Notes: generated by a model not told the origin, from the letters alone. A stretch of 64,000 nt of DNA from Octopus sinensis (GCF_006345805.1 NC_042998.1:55366001-55430000); one strand, 5' to 3'; counted from the stretch's first letter, positions 22,280-36,340 are shown. A program made the numbers and translations.

Positions 22280-23375
22280 TCTCTCTTCAGTGCAGATTAC
22301 TTTATACCATAGTACTTAAATTCGTTTCGATTATACTCTTTTAAAATGAGTTTAGATCAGAGACTGCAAGCTGCATGAATTCAAAAAGAGATTTTCACCA
22401 ATGGAAGAGGCAGTATGTATTCGTTCTGTCAGTGAAAACTAAGATTTAAATGCCCGGACATGCCAACGATGGTTTGGGCAGTTTCGCTAGGCAAAATTTT
22501 CTCTTCAAGAATCCCCTCGATCTGAACGACCAATTTATATAAATTAAATTATTTGTACTTTGTTTTCCTCATGAAATCTTTCGCCAAATACGAGATGCAG
22601 TTTTTCGCTGTGAAACCCATAATTCTGCAGAACTGTATTTCATGGTTTCTTTCTTACTATCAAAATGTACAACCTTCTGATCTGTGCTGGTTTTTACAAA
22701 CTTTCCGATCTAATCGCGCGCAGAAAGTGAATGTGTGCTCTTCTTTGCTGTAACGTCTCACCTTTTTTGGACCGAATAGTGACTGGTGACGAGAAATGAG
22801 TTCTCTATAAAAATGTCAAGTGCCGAAGACAGTGGGCAGGGAAAAGGGAAATACCAGTACCCCGGGCTAAAGAAGGTATTCACCCAAATAAGGTGTTGTT
22901 ATCTGTTTTGGTGGGATATGAAAGTTTTAGTCCACTCTAAATTTTTAAACCCAAACCAAACAATTACAAAAGAGATCTGCTGTGAGCAGCTTGAGCGGCT
23001 TAAGCCAGCGCTTGTAGAAAAACGACTATCGTTGTTTTCAAGACGAAAGGTGTTCTTCCATCAAGATAATGCTCGGCCACATACAGTGAGGATGACATTC
23101 CAAAAGCTGGAGCAGTTTGAATGGCAAATGATGTCCGAACCCATAACATTCGCCGGACATTGCCTCATGTGATTATCATTTATTTCGCAGTCTTTAAAAT
23201 CATATGAATTCTGTAGATGGCGTTAGAAGAGTACATGAGTAGTATTTTTCGACACGGACAAGTGAATTTTGGAAGAGGGGCCTTGCAAGTCTATAATGAA
23301 GGAGAATATATTTTAGATATAAAATAACTGTTTGTCTTAATTTTGAAAAATGAAAGAAGTATAAAAAACTGCATT
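22280..23375 (+). mobile_element. Mariner transposase pseudogene
   Basis: RTCQRWFGQFR*AKFSLQESPRSERP (N-terminal region), FLDRIVTGDEK, HQDNARPH and DYHLFRSL, the three Asp motifs of the mariner DDD triad. Stops present; middle replaced by 22537-22701. Confidence 0.88.
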
Positions 23376-23650
23376 GAAAAGGGGCAATACCCCGAAACGC
23401 GTCTGTAGCTGCCGGTCAAGTAGTGTGGAGCGACTGACCTCCCTTGTTCGAAGGTTATATGGATACAGTTTGTGTATCAAATAGCTAACTTAAGGCGATG
23501 GCCTCATGGAGCTAATAAGCGGACAGCTTTTTTCTTATTTTTATAAGAATGCCATATTAGTGAATGCCATATTAGTATGGCGATAACTATTATTTTCCGG
23601 GAACGCTGCCGCTGTTCTCTTTTAGAGAGACTTAGTTATTTTAATATTTC

Positions 23651-23701
<51 letters not shown>

Positions 23702-23820
23702 CATACATACATACATGCATATATATATATATATATACATGCAACACACACATACATATAAATGTATACAGTACATATACAAACAAATATATATGTATGT
23801 ATATACATATATGCACGCAT

Positions 23821-23854
<34 letters not shown>

Positions 23855-24279
23855 TATTATATTATATATATATATTATATTATATAAGGAATTAATATCC
23901 AAACTCATCATAAAGATATACGCGCGTGGAAGAACTTATTGTATTAAATATATATATAAATAAATAAATATAAAAATATAAAAATATAGATATTATGTAT
24001 AAAATAAATTTGATAGTTTAAAAGTTTCGAATTAATTATTTAAGCATCTTACGATCGTTTCATATATGTATGTATGTATGTATAGATATATATATATGTG
24101 TATGTATATATGTACATATGTATATAGTGTAAATATGAGAGTAAAAATTATCATTATTTATTACCGCATGGTTTACATGCGTAATAAAAGTGATGAGGCA
24201 TAACATATTTTTTATACATAAAAGTGTATAAAGATTCATACATAGAGAAGACCCTTGTGCATAAATCTCTATACACTCC

Positions 24280-24311
<32 letters not shown>

Positions 24312-25889
24312 TATAAACATGTGTATATATATGTATCTCTGCGTGTATGGGTATAATGCATTCGCACGTACACATATCCAATGTGTGTTTTGTAATTTAG
24401 ACGTGCGTTATTTGATGAAGATTTCTAGCCGGCTTACATACTGACTCTCTCATTCGAATTGTCTTGATTCAAAGTGTATCAGGCAACCCAATGTTGTTTA
24501 TCCATTGCCGAAGATATCTGGAGTAAATAGTCACTGGTGTCAAAAGCGGATCTCCTTTTCTCATCTAATATTGTTATTTGCTGAGTCAAAGGATTGTGAT
24601 ATTAAACACCCGGATCTTGAGCAATATAATTATCGCTATGTATACATGTACGTTTGAAGTGTGGAACATTGATCAATAATTGGAAATAACGATATAAATC
24701 AAATCATTTGTACTTTGTTTTCCTCATGAAATCTTTCGCCAAATACGAGATGCAGTTTTTCGCTGTGAAACCCATAATTCTGCAGAACTGCATTTCATTG
24801 TTTCTTTCTTACTATCAAAATGTACAACCTTCTGATCTGTGCTGGTTTTTACAAACATGACATATGCAATATCTATCTTCAAATATCATGTCGATAAACA
24901 GAAAATAGCGTTAAAAAAACGAAGGAAACAACGTTAAAGTGTAGTAAATGAAATATTATCTGTAGCAGATTAGATATATAATTAAGTTATATACTGAAAC
25001 ATTTAGAGACATAACTTAAAGCAATGGAAACATTAACTTTAAACATCAAGAGTATTTATTTCATTAATCTGATTGGGTTTTTTCTTTCAGTTCGCAAACT
25101 GAAAAGAGAATAATATTTATGTGTTCTTTCACAAACACTCTAGCCTTTGGATAAAAGTTCTTTTAAGAATTTTACGAACCAGAAAGACTACAGAAAAAAA
25201 CCATAACAGATCGATTCCAATATCCGATAGCTCTTAATATATTTTCTATTTCATTTTTTTTCCATATATATGGTTGATATTTTATGGATATATATACAAT
25301 CATTTATATTGCTCGCTACCTCCCTCTTACCTATGTGTGCATTTGTGTGTGTGTGTGTGGTGTGTGTGTGTGTGTGTCTGTGTGTGTCTGTGTGTGTGTG
25401 TCTGTGTGTGTGTGTCTGTGTGTGTGTGTCTGTGTGTGTCTCTGTGTATGTGTGCGTGCGCATGTGATCTTGACTATAAACAGGCAATCTGTGCGTGTTG
25501 TGGTATCTATAGGATTTCTGTATATGGATGTTGCTAGAAGAAAGATAGGGAGAAAGAAAAGAGTGAGAAGAGAAAGAACAATATAACCCGTACTAGTACT
25601 TTATTAATTGATCCCGAAAGAATGACAGGCAAAGTTTATTTCACAACGAAGAGAGCCGGAACAACAAACATGAACCAATCTATCGCCAGATCTTCCACTG
25701 ATACCATCACGCATTCTAACAACGTTCTAATGGCTCTACCAATTAATCGGCTGATATATATATTTATATATATATACATATATATAGATATATAGATATG
25801 TGTGTGTGTGTGCATATATATATGTATGTATTTATGTATGTATGTGTGTATGTATGTATGTATATGATAACTTAGATATGTTTCAGTTA

Positions 25890-26260
25890 AAAATTGACCC
25901 AAGCTCCGTCTAACTTAATTGCGCCACCTGATAGGATCTGCAAAGTCACTTTTAAATGAAGTTTTGTGGTATCATGATCCATTCGTGTAGTTAGTTGGAG
26001 TTATTGTTGACTGAGATGTATCCAGGTATAGATGGGTTATGTGATATCTCTCGAAGAAATCTGTTTAGCTTCCGTTTAAGGGTGATGGGATCTTCTTTGA
26101 ATTGTTTTACGATAATGTTAAATAGAGCAGGGTCTGTAAAGGAAAAGGAATCGTGTTGCAGTCAATTTATGTGTTGTGATCTTGAATTGTGTAGGGAGCG
26201 TATGGTACGTATCTCCAGCCTTGGATGAATTCTAAATCTAACGTTAAGGTCATTTGGGCA
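25890..26260 (-). mobile_element. CR1/L2-group LINE 3' fragment
   Basis: Minus-strand translation SFSFTDPALFNIIVKQFKEDPITLKRKLNRFLREISHNPSIPGY resembles the CR1/L2-type C-terminal GPxLFN...FKxxLDxFL pattern. Confidence 0.55.
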
Positions 26261-26432
26261 ATGCTGGTGGTATATTCTCTACATTGTGCAAATGATGTTG
26301 CGTTATAATTCTGTAAATATAGTCATAAGCTTCAGCTTGTAATTATATTTACGCGCACACACAGACACACACACGCACACACACACACATATTTATATAT
26401 CTATCTGTATGTACGTATGTATGTATGTGTGA

Positions 26433-26765
26433 AGGCGCATGGCTCAGTGGTTAGAGCATCGAGCTTACGATCGTGAGGTTCTGAGTTCGATTTCCGGACC
26501 GGGCTGCGTGTTGTGTTCTTGAGCAAGACACTTTATTTCACGTTGCTCCAGTTAACTCAGCTGTAGAAATGAGTTGCGACATCACTGCTGCCAAGCTGTA
26601 TAAACCTTTGCCTTTCCCTTGGATAACATTGGTGGCATGGAGAAGGGAGGCTGGTATGCATGGGTAACTGCTGGTCTTCCATAAAACAACCTTGCCCGGA
26701 CTTGTACCTCGGAAGGTAACTTTCTAGGTGCAATCCCATGGTCATACATGACCGAAGGGAGGTCT
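26433..26765 (+). mobile_element. SINE family C, complete
   Basis: ggcgcatggctcagtggttagagc (A box), gagttcgatttcc (B box), gttgtgttcttgagcaagacac central segment. Confidence 0.88.
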
Positions 26766-27553
26766 CCCTCCGTGTATGTATATATGTATGTATAATAGGT
26801 ATTTGTGAACACATGTCAATTTAGGGTTGTTTCAGATATTACAAGATGAAACTTATTATTTACTGTCTGATACTGAAGATTTCTATAAAATTTATTTCGT
26901 TTTAGACACCACAAAATGTCTGAACTAAATTCAATATGTTTCGTCAGCACTTACTAAAATACTTCTATAGCCTTTTCAAATTATCTTTTCAGTCTCGTTG
27001 CCCAGTTGTTAAATTCGTTCAATAAATAAATATATTTCCATATCTGCATCAAATCACGTTATTGATTCGTCAACGTTCATTTTCTTTCAGTATTTAAAAT
27101 AAAATAATTCTGTAACATTTTCTCTTAACCATCATTCTTCATACGCAGCTTTCAGCTCGAATGCAGCTCAGAATTTATTTTTGTATTAATGTCTTCCCCG
27201 CTCTTTCTTTCGGTCTATTTTTCTTTCTTTCGCTACATCTATTTCTCTCTCTCCTTCTTTCTCTCTCCTTCCCTCTCTCTTCCTCTCTTCACATACACAC
27301 GCATTGCTATTTCTAGTAGAACATGTTACCGCTTTCCGTGTTGAATGCTACTTTTTAAGTAATATAAGTACAAGTATGCATAAGCCTGTATAAATGTGCA
27401 CGTACAATTGAAAATATAGCCGTTTGATCTTCCATTTTCATACATCTTAATTACCTTCGAAGGTTTCATAATAGTTTTCAATGTTTTCCTACAGAGATAT
27501 TTATTGAAAATCATTTCATGTTTTAAAATTACACACACACACACCACACATAC

Positions 27554-27612
<59 letters not shown>

Positions 27613-28220
27613 TAACCATTGCAGTGTGTTATTGTTTATTGGATTGTGCGAGAAATCTGAATATTTTTTCACTAGTTATTTATATTTCACGTTATTCTAT
27701 TTAAATACATTTTATCAATAAAGTGTTTACATATGAAACTATATGGTAGTAGGTGGACTCTATGTGAACTACGGTCTACGTCCATTCATGGGTTTCGTCA
27801 TGGAACAAACCCAGTTGGCGACTCACTGTCTGAAGTGAGACAAAACTAAAACCTAAAAAGTCGAGTTAATATAAAAGAAAGAAAAAAATGAGTGTTTATC
27901 GGCATCTTGTGTCAGGAAATTCCTTTAAAACATATCCAATCCGCAGCGTTATGATTAAAACTAATAAATTCTTTTTTGCTAATATCAACTTGCTTCGCTT
28001 AAGTTGAATGATTTTACTATCGTCTGAAGCGATTACAAAAATTATTAAGAGACTAATATAATGTGGTTAATATAAAACTAAATACACACTTTATATCTTT
28101 CTATTCCAGTCAAGTAAGAAAACAATTGCTTTACCAGTTAAAAATATCAGAAAATTTGACTGAAAACAGCTAAAAAAAATACAAACAAACGAAAACAAAG
28201 TAAATGATTCAGCTGGTTTT

Positions 28221-28232
28221 CATCATCATCAT

Positions 28233-28288
<56 letters not shown>

Positions 28289-28364
28289 ATACTACTAATA
28301 CTACTGCTACTGCTGCTGCTGCTGCTGTTGCTGTTGCTGCTGCCGCTTCCTCTGCTGCTGCAGC
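28221..28364. repeat. Compound trinucleotide tract (CAT)-(CTA)-(CTG)-(TTG)
   Basis: Directly visible. Confidence 0.9.
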
Positions 28365-29328
28365 TTGTTTGATAATTTGAAGTTTTTAATTTGAATCCCA
28401 GAATTGGGAAATTTTCGTTAGAATTTCTAAATAATAATAATAATAATCAAAAGGGAGAATAATTCCCATGAAATATACAATTCGCCTTGTGTAAAACGTT
28501 TGCTGAATAACCAAATAAGGGAATCAGTAAATATTTTTTTAACATTTGCTCTCCATCTAAGAATAATAAGGCTGGCTAGAATAATAAGGTTGCTGAGATT
28601 CCCACTGAATTTTGCCGCAGTACTTTTGTCTACAACTAAAAGTATTTGATGTCAAACAGATTTCTGAAGTAAAGTAGACAGATGAAAAACGTCCCTTCGA
28701 TTATCTGAGATAATCCACATAGCTAGAAGGTAAAAACTTCCTCCAGAGATGTTTAAAAATCTAAAAACAACATGGGAGGGGCCTATCAACAATAGGCCCG
28801 ATCAACTGAATATTTTGAAATATGAATAATTTAATGGGAGTAGATCGTGTCTTTAAAGCCAAATGGTGAAAACAACCAGCATGTTTCTGTTATATTAGAC
28901 CTCTTCGACGAATTATATCCTACTTAGTAAGGCTAAGAGTCGCAATAATAGAGATATAGAAGGAATGAAGTGATGCCGATTATACTCGCCAACGAAAATT
29001 AAGATTTTCTGCCGCTTTAAAGTTTAAACTTAATCTAGAGTACACTTGTGATGCTGATTCCAAATATACCACATCATATCCGACTTTTGGCGATACAATA
29101 TACCCCGTTATATGCAGATGTATCCAATCGTGCATTGAAATTTGCACCTTACATTTTGGTACCTTAAAAGTTAGATCTACCCTTAAGTATATTTGGGATA
29201 CTGGTCTAAAACTGACCACAGATTTTTTTCTTTTAGCTACAATTAATTAATGATCTACTCTTTTGATTTTAAAAGGGAATGACTCTCTCCAGATACAAAA
29301 AAAAATGCTTTTATTAAATTACATGATA

Positions 29329-29545
29329 AGGTGGCAAGCTGGCAGAATCGTTAGCACGCCAGACAAAATGCTTAGCAGCATTTCGTCCGTCTTTACGTTC
29401 TGAGTTCAAATTCTACCGAGGTCGAATTTGTCTTTTATCCTTTCGGGGCGATGAAATAAGCACCAGTTACTCACTGGGATCGATTTAATCGACTAGCCCC
29501 CTTCCACAAAATTTCAGGCCATCTGCCTATTGTAGAAAGGATCAT
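29329..29545 (+). mobile_element. SINE family B
   Basis: ggtggcaagctggcagaatcgttagc...gagttcaaattctacc. Confidence 0.8.
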
Positions 29546-30154
29546 TATATTACATGCTATTAAAACAATCACATACTATTAAATCTATTTATTGCAGCAT
29601 AAAAGCTTACACAACACTGCAAAATAATCATCTGTAACCGTAAGTGAAAAATAAACAAAAAACATATAAAGTGATCGGTCATTCAACATGTAAAAAGCCT
29701 CTTTTAAAAAACTTTTGAGGGTGAGATTTGCCTGAATAGTCCCACTGAATCGACCCAGAATATGTTGCCACCTCTCTTTCATGATTTTTATACCCCGGTG
29801 AAATTCTTTTCTTTTCTTTTCTTTTTTTTTCTTTTTGCTCTGTACTTAAATCTGGAAAACTAAGTTACTGTACGGTAGTGTAGCTTGACACTCATGCTTC
29901 AGCTATTAAAAGTATGGCTGAAGCATGAAAACTAGAAATCATAACCTCTACCATTTAGCCTGATCGTTCACCTTTTAGTTAACAAGAAAGATTCTCACAT
30001 GATAAACAGAACAAACATAGGCCATGCACAGGATGTTGTCTTTTGAATGAAGAAAAATTTGAAAACATTTCAAGAAAATGTCATCGCATCACAGCATACC
30101 TAAATGTGAGCATCACACAACTAGAACCTCCATATTCGATCTAAATATTGGTTT

Positions 30155-30362
30155 AAAATTTTGGCACAAGGCCAGAAAGTTCAGGGGTGGGGATAAGTCG
30201 ATTACACCGACCCCAGTGCTCAACTGGTACTTATTTCACCGACCCCAATCGAATGAAAGGCAAAGCCGATCCTGGCGACATTTGAACCCAGACGTAAAGA
30301 CGGACGAAATGTCACTAAGCAATTTGCCCGGCGTGCTAACGATTCTGCCAGCTCGCTGCCTT
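30155..30362 (-). mobile_element. SINE family B
   Basis: Ends gctaacgattctgccagctcgctgcc (reverse-complement head). Confidence 0.8.
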
Positions 30363-31619
30363 GGTCGGTCTAAATATTAAGCAACACTGTCACCAAAAAT
30401 ATTTTCATACAGAAGTGCATCTTTCACACAGCTTGTATTGCGTCTCAAGCACTGACCATTGTCTTCAGAACCACTAAATATTTCAACTTGACGCAGGAAC
30501 TACTGTCACTACAAAATTTCAAAGGCATACAACTGAATATTACTGTCACAGCTGGATCGATGTTGCTGGTACACATACAAACATCCTCGATCACATCTAG
30601 AGGAATACAACGCGGCTGATTGGCAAACAATCTCTCATAGATGCGTTTCAGTCTCTGACTCACAAGCGTGTTGTCAACTCTCTCCTCTTCCACTGATATT
30701 ATTATAGCCTGTGTTCCTCAAGAGAGATACTATAATAACCTCTGTTCCTCCGTTGCCTGATCTTGTAAATCTGTCACCCAGACACTTTTGACCCATTTGT
30801 CTCTGTTCTCGTCACTGCCATTAAGTCCAAATTCTCACATCGTGCACTGATCCCCTGTGCCAAGCTCTCTTTTCAAGAACGTCAGTCCTCTGGGATCTAT
30901 TTTCTGTTCTTTTTCTTTGAAGATCTCACCTTGCAGCGACATCGAATTCACGACATTAATATTCCAAGAGCAAAAAAGTAAAAATGGAGATAGCATCACT
31001 AAATTTCCTGTTTCGATACGAATCAATCGTTCTTAATCTTGCCAGATGAATTAAATGTCCTCCACTGGGGCGGTATAATATGGCCGTTTCTCTCACTAGT
31101 TGGGCTTAAAGACAAGAATCACTCTATTTAATTATTTAATGTGCAATGTCCACATTATATATATGTTTCAAACAAGCGTCTGGTTTTTTTTCAGTTTAGA
31201 TGGAGGGATATTTATTTTCTAATTTCTTAGATATTCTCAATTAACCGAAGATTTTCGACTTACACTACATACTAGCGGAACATAAAGAATTGCCTTGGAA
31301 ACAGAAGATTCGTGGGAAGATTTCTTGAAAAACGCTCGTTGTAAATTTTGCATGAATGTCTTATTTGACACAGCCTTTATATCTTTCGTAATGAAGAAAG
31401 AATGGTTCAAAAATCTATGACAAACAATTCTCAGCGAAGTGTTTTATGAAAAACAACGTTACATTTCCATCGCGAGCTCTGAGATCAAGATTGTTCTGTC
31501 TTCCAGCACCCAGCATTTTCTTCCAAATTGCAGTTCCGCTATTTTCAAATTTGAACTTGGGATTTATTGATGGACACTTCAGGGCTTAGACGAATGAAAA
31601 TTTCATGTCTTGGACAGCA

Positions 31620-32654
31620 ATGGAATATCAGAGAATGGGTTATACGGTGGTGAGAAACCTTTACGTAGTAAATTGTTTATTAACAGCAATCATTACACAG
31701 ACACGTAAAATACAAAATAGGCAAAAACCCTGCCACTGGAAAATAACCTGTTGATGACAGTATTTTAACAAAACTCAAAGGAATATGCACTGAAGAAAAA
31801 CTGTTTCCCTGAGGCATTACGAAATTTTTCATCCACAAATGCATTCATACGGAGAAAAAATATTCCAAAATATGTGTAAAACCTTTTATCGGCAACACTA
31901 CAGTAATACCTCACTTAACAAGGATCTGCTGTACGTGACCCCAGGTTTACGAGTTTTATTTTATAATATCGTTTCTAGCACAAGATCCAAGTTTAAGAAG
32001 AAATGCAAAAGTTTCTACTACCATAACAAATGCTTCTGCGTGTTACCGGGAAATTTATAGAGCGAAAAGAAGCTTCTTCTAAGCAAACAACTCAAGACTT
32101 GTTTTTTTAAACAGATATCTACAAGTCCGTCTACGAGTGCTTGTGAATCGGCGATCGTGTCTACAAGTGATGGTGTGTGCGAGTCTAGTGCGAGTGAAAG
32201 TGATTCAGAAAAAGATTATAATAATAATATTTTTTATGATAAATGATCTTGACATTCTTTTTTGTTTACATAACACATTCTTTACATTCTGCAGTTGTTT
32301 TATTGTCATATACTTACGAGTATTATAAATTTTATAGGTAAATTGTTATTTTGGGAACGAATTTAGATTTATAACATTGCTACTATGGGAAATTATTGCT
32401 CTGTTTTTCAAGCTTTCGCTTTACGAGTAGTTACCGGGAACAAATTAACTTTCATATCGAGGAGTTACTCTAATTTATCAACTCTTGATGAAGAAAAACA
32501 TTGCCACTGTGTAAAATGTGGGAAACTTTTCATTTCTCATAGAAATTTTATTATTCACAAACGCAGCGAAACTAGAAGGAAAAATAAACTGCAAAATATG
32601 TTAGAAATAATTTATGATAACCAGCATTTAACAGCATGCTACAAAAATTCTTAG
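31620..32654 (+). pseudogene. Decayed C2H2 zinc-finger array
   Basis: GEKP at 31649; HKCIHTEKKYSKICVKPF from 31834; EEKHCHCVKCGKLFISHRNFIIHKRS (C-x2-C-x12-H) inside ORF 32385-32654; stops and frameshifts throughout. Confidence 0.45.
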
Positions 32655-32824
32655 CCGTTAATTGCATAGATAAGCCTAATATTTATTTTAAAAATTACAA
32701 ATATTTAATTACGGAAAATGTATAACCTTACTGTATAAACATTTACCATGCAAGCCGCCAACGTAAGGTATTATCGGCAGCTTTATCGTTAAAGTTCATA
32801 AAGTACAGCACTACATTCTATATA

Positions 32825-33302
32825 CCGTAAATCCTCGAGTATAGTCCGCCCTTGAGTATAATACGCAGGGGATTTTTAGGGGTCTATACCTCTGAAACAC
32901 CTAAACCTTGTGTATAATACGCACCCCTTCTCTAACTTGAGTCAAAGAGGTCTATATAACGTCGTTGGTTTGTAAAAATGTATGCGGGAACGTCCTTTAT
33001 TATTATTGTATATATAACATAATGCAAACGTGTAGCTTTTTTGTGCATTTTATTTGCAGAAAATAAAGAAATAACAGTAATAAAGTTTAATAAATGTTGC
33101 TAAATGCAAGTTATGAATGATTTAAGATATTTTCCGCCCGGCATCACAAAATGTGTCTGAATAAGCATTGCCGGACAGCAAACAGAAACTCGGACATTGC
33201 TTAGAAAATAACTTTCATTTTTAATCTCGTATATAGTACGCACTAGGGATTTTGACCTTTAAATTTTGGGGAAAAATGCGGATTATACTCTAGGATTTAC
33301 GG
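32825..33302. mobile_element. Tc1/mariner-superfamily (pogo/Tigger-like) MITE, 478 bp
   Basis: 25-bp TIRs ccgtaaatcctcgagtatagtccgc / gcggattatactctaggatttacgg (2 mismatches); TA on both flanks; subterminal gtataatacgca repeats. Confidence 0.85.
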
Positions 33303-33410
33303 TATTGAATCTTCTTAAACTTATCAACTGAATATTATATACTTCGTAAAAAAGATAAGATGTACTATGTACGCGCACACATACACACACACACACATAT
33401 ATATATAAAG

Positions 33411-33702
33411 ACCCCTTCGGTTATGAATGACCATGGGATGCTCCTAGAAACGTACTCTTCGAGGCACAAGTCTGGGCAAAGTCGTTTATGAAAACCCAGC
33501 AGTTACCGATGCATACCAGCCTGTGCTCTCCTCTCCACCGATGTTATCCAGGTGAAAGGCAAAGGCCGATACAGTTTGGCATCAGTGATATCGCAACTAA
33601 TTTCCACAGCTCAATGACACAACACAGAGCCCGGTCTGATATTTGAACTCACTACCACATTACTATGAGCCCAACGCTCTAAACACCAAGCTATGCGCCT
33701 TC
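33411..33702 (-). mobile_element. SINE family C
   Basis: Reverse match to 26433-26765. Confidence 0.8.
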
Positions 33703-34434
33703 ACACACACACACACACACATGTATGTATGTATGTATGTATGTATGTATGTATGTATGTATGTATGTATGTATGTATGTATGTATGTATGTATGTGTAT
33801 GTAGGGTTCTTTACAGACACATCCTGTATATGTGTGGGTGTATCTGTCAATATACGTGTATATTTTTGTGTACAATTTTCTCGTACATGTTCGGGTAGAT
33901 GCTTGAGTGAGAACATGCATGTTTCTCTCTCTCTCTTTCTCTTTCTCCCCCTCTCTCTCACTCTCCTCTCTTCTTTTTTCTGTTTCTACCTCCCCCATAT
34001 CTTCCCCCCTCTCTCTGTGTTTATGAGTTTATGTATATGTATGAGAACCACAACACAGATAGCATCTTTCCACTATAACCAATATTTATTTTATCTTCCC
34101 TTTCTTTCCTCCTAAGTTAAGGTCACAATAGCAACTTGGATTAAATTTCTGTTTTTCTTTTTCATAATATTATTTTAGATGGTTATTCTTATAATGTTCA
34201 TATTCTTTTAATGTATTTACTTACTGCTTAAATTATTTGGGAAAAATCATTGAAAGATTTAATTAAATGCTATTCTAAAGTATATATAAACACCGACAGT
34301 TCGTGCACGTGCGTGAATACACACACACATACATACACTCACATGCATGATTACACAGACAGACACGTGTATATGTATATTCATATACATATATGTAAGT
34401 ATATAGATACACATACATACGTATATGCATATAA

Positions 34435-34465
<31 letters not shown>

Positions 34466-34474
34466 ATACGCGTA

Positions 34475-34517
<43 letters not shown>

Positions 34518-34861
34518 CACACACACACGCACACAAGCATATATATGTACACACACATGTATCTATATATGTATGTATGTATGTATGTGTGTGAATGTGT
34601 ATTTGTGTTTATATGAGAGTGCATGTGAGTGCATGTTTCATTGTTTTCCTTACACATCTTGACAAAAAAGGCACTGCTAGGATAAGTACCAGATATAAAG
34701 AGACTAAGTAGTGTTATACATAGTCATAAAGTCAGGAGGTTTAAGAGTTGAATACATATTTATTTATTTTATCCAGAGACTTCAATGGGACTACGGCCGT
34801 TTCACAACATTCTTTAAGTAGTATTAATTTCAGTTTACAAGAAATAATCCATTCTACTATA

Positions 34862-35312
34862 GGCACATGGCCCGAAATGTTGGACGAATGGGCAAGTCGA
34901 TTACATCGACCCCCCAGTACACAACTAGTACTTTCTTTATCGACCTCGAAAGGATGAAAAGCAAAGTCAACCTCGGCGGAATTTGAACTCAGAGCGAAAT
35001 GTTGCTAAGTATTTTAGCCAACGTACTAACGATTCTACCAGCCTGCCCCTTACGAATTGAAATAAATAATGTTTACATGTTTTCATCAATGTGTATACTC
35101 CAGGCGACGAGCTAGGAGAATCGTTAACACGTCTGGCAAAAGGTTTAGCGGCATTTCGTCCGTCTTACCGTTCTGAGTTTAAATTTCGCCGAGGTCGACT
35201 TTGTTTTTCATCCCTTGAGGGTCGATGAAATAAATACCAGTTAAGCACCGGGGTCGATGTAATCGATTATCCCCTCAAAAAAATTTCAGGCCTTGTGTCT
35301 ATAGTAGAAAGA
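34862..35312. mobile_element. Head-to-head pair of family B SINEs (minus 34862-35050, plus 35102-35312)
   Basis: Both carry the gaggtcgactttg...tttcatcc segment, in opposite orientations. Confidence 0.75.
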
Positions 35313-35950
35313 ATTAATGTGTATACTCATCATTATACAATAGTATATTCACAAAATTAAAGCAAATACAGAAAGTCAGCTCATCAGATCAGCGAAACAT
35401 CATAGTTACATCAACAGTTCAAGAAAAGAATAAAAAGAATGAGGCATGCAAATAATTTTACTACGTTAGTTTACAATTGTTTCATCGTAGATCAAACGCC
35501 AGATCATATACCCCAATGAAATTGTGTGTGTATGTGTGTGTTCGTTTATGTGTGTGTGTGTGTGTGTGTGAGCATAAAGGTGTGTGTGTGTGAGCATAAA
35601 GGTGTGTGTGTGCGTATCTCTGAGTGTGTCCGTGTGTGTTTGTATGAGTGTGAGAGCAAAAACAAAGCAAAATTGTAAAGGGGAAACTGTATACACGAGA
35701 GCATGCTCTTACGCGTATACTAATTAGACGCTCATTAATATAAACACATGAAGCCTCGGTATTCCCACATGCAGCACCAGCATCTCCACTACATCGGCAA
35801 TAATATGCATTTTATGTTAATTTACGCTTAAAGTCACCTAGACGGAAATAGCAAGAACAACCCAAATGCCTACTCAGATGACAATATAAAAGTATGCTAC
35901 CATAGCTACAAGTCATTAGCAACAAGTTGTGTGCATGTGTGTGTGTGTGT

Positions 35951-35986
<36 letters not shown>

Positions 35987-36340
35987 TATGTATGTGTGTG
36001 CTTGCGTGTATGTATGTATGCGTGTATAAGAAATACAAAGAAAGGTGTACTAAATACTGTACAAGTTGAATTCTTGCTTTGCTGAAACCATCGTTGTAGT
36101 GACAGGTTAACTTAGCGACAAATACATTTGAATCCGGATGAAACGGAGAGATAATCTCAAACAATCAACAAATAATCCGGAATTAACAAGCTCTTGTGTG
36201 TGCGCGTGTGTGTGCGTGTGTTTGTGTGTGTGTGTGTGTGCGTGAGTGTGTGTGTGTGTCTGTGTGCGTGTGTGTGTGCGTTCCAAAATGCAGGATCTGC
36301 CAAAATCTTTTTATAATACTCTCTTTACTCTGTTTTACAC

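Noticed and set aside
26433-26510. Genuine tRNA genes at SINE heads
   Set aside because: A and B boxes are present, but they run into SINE bodies and lack a complete cloverleaf.
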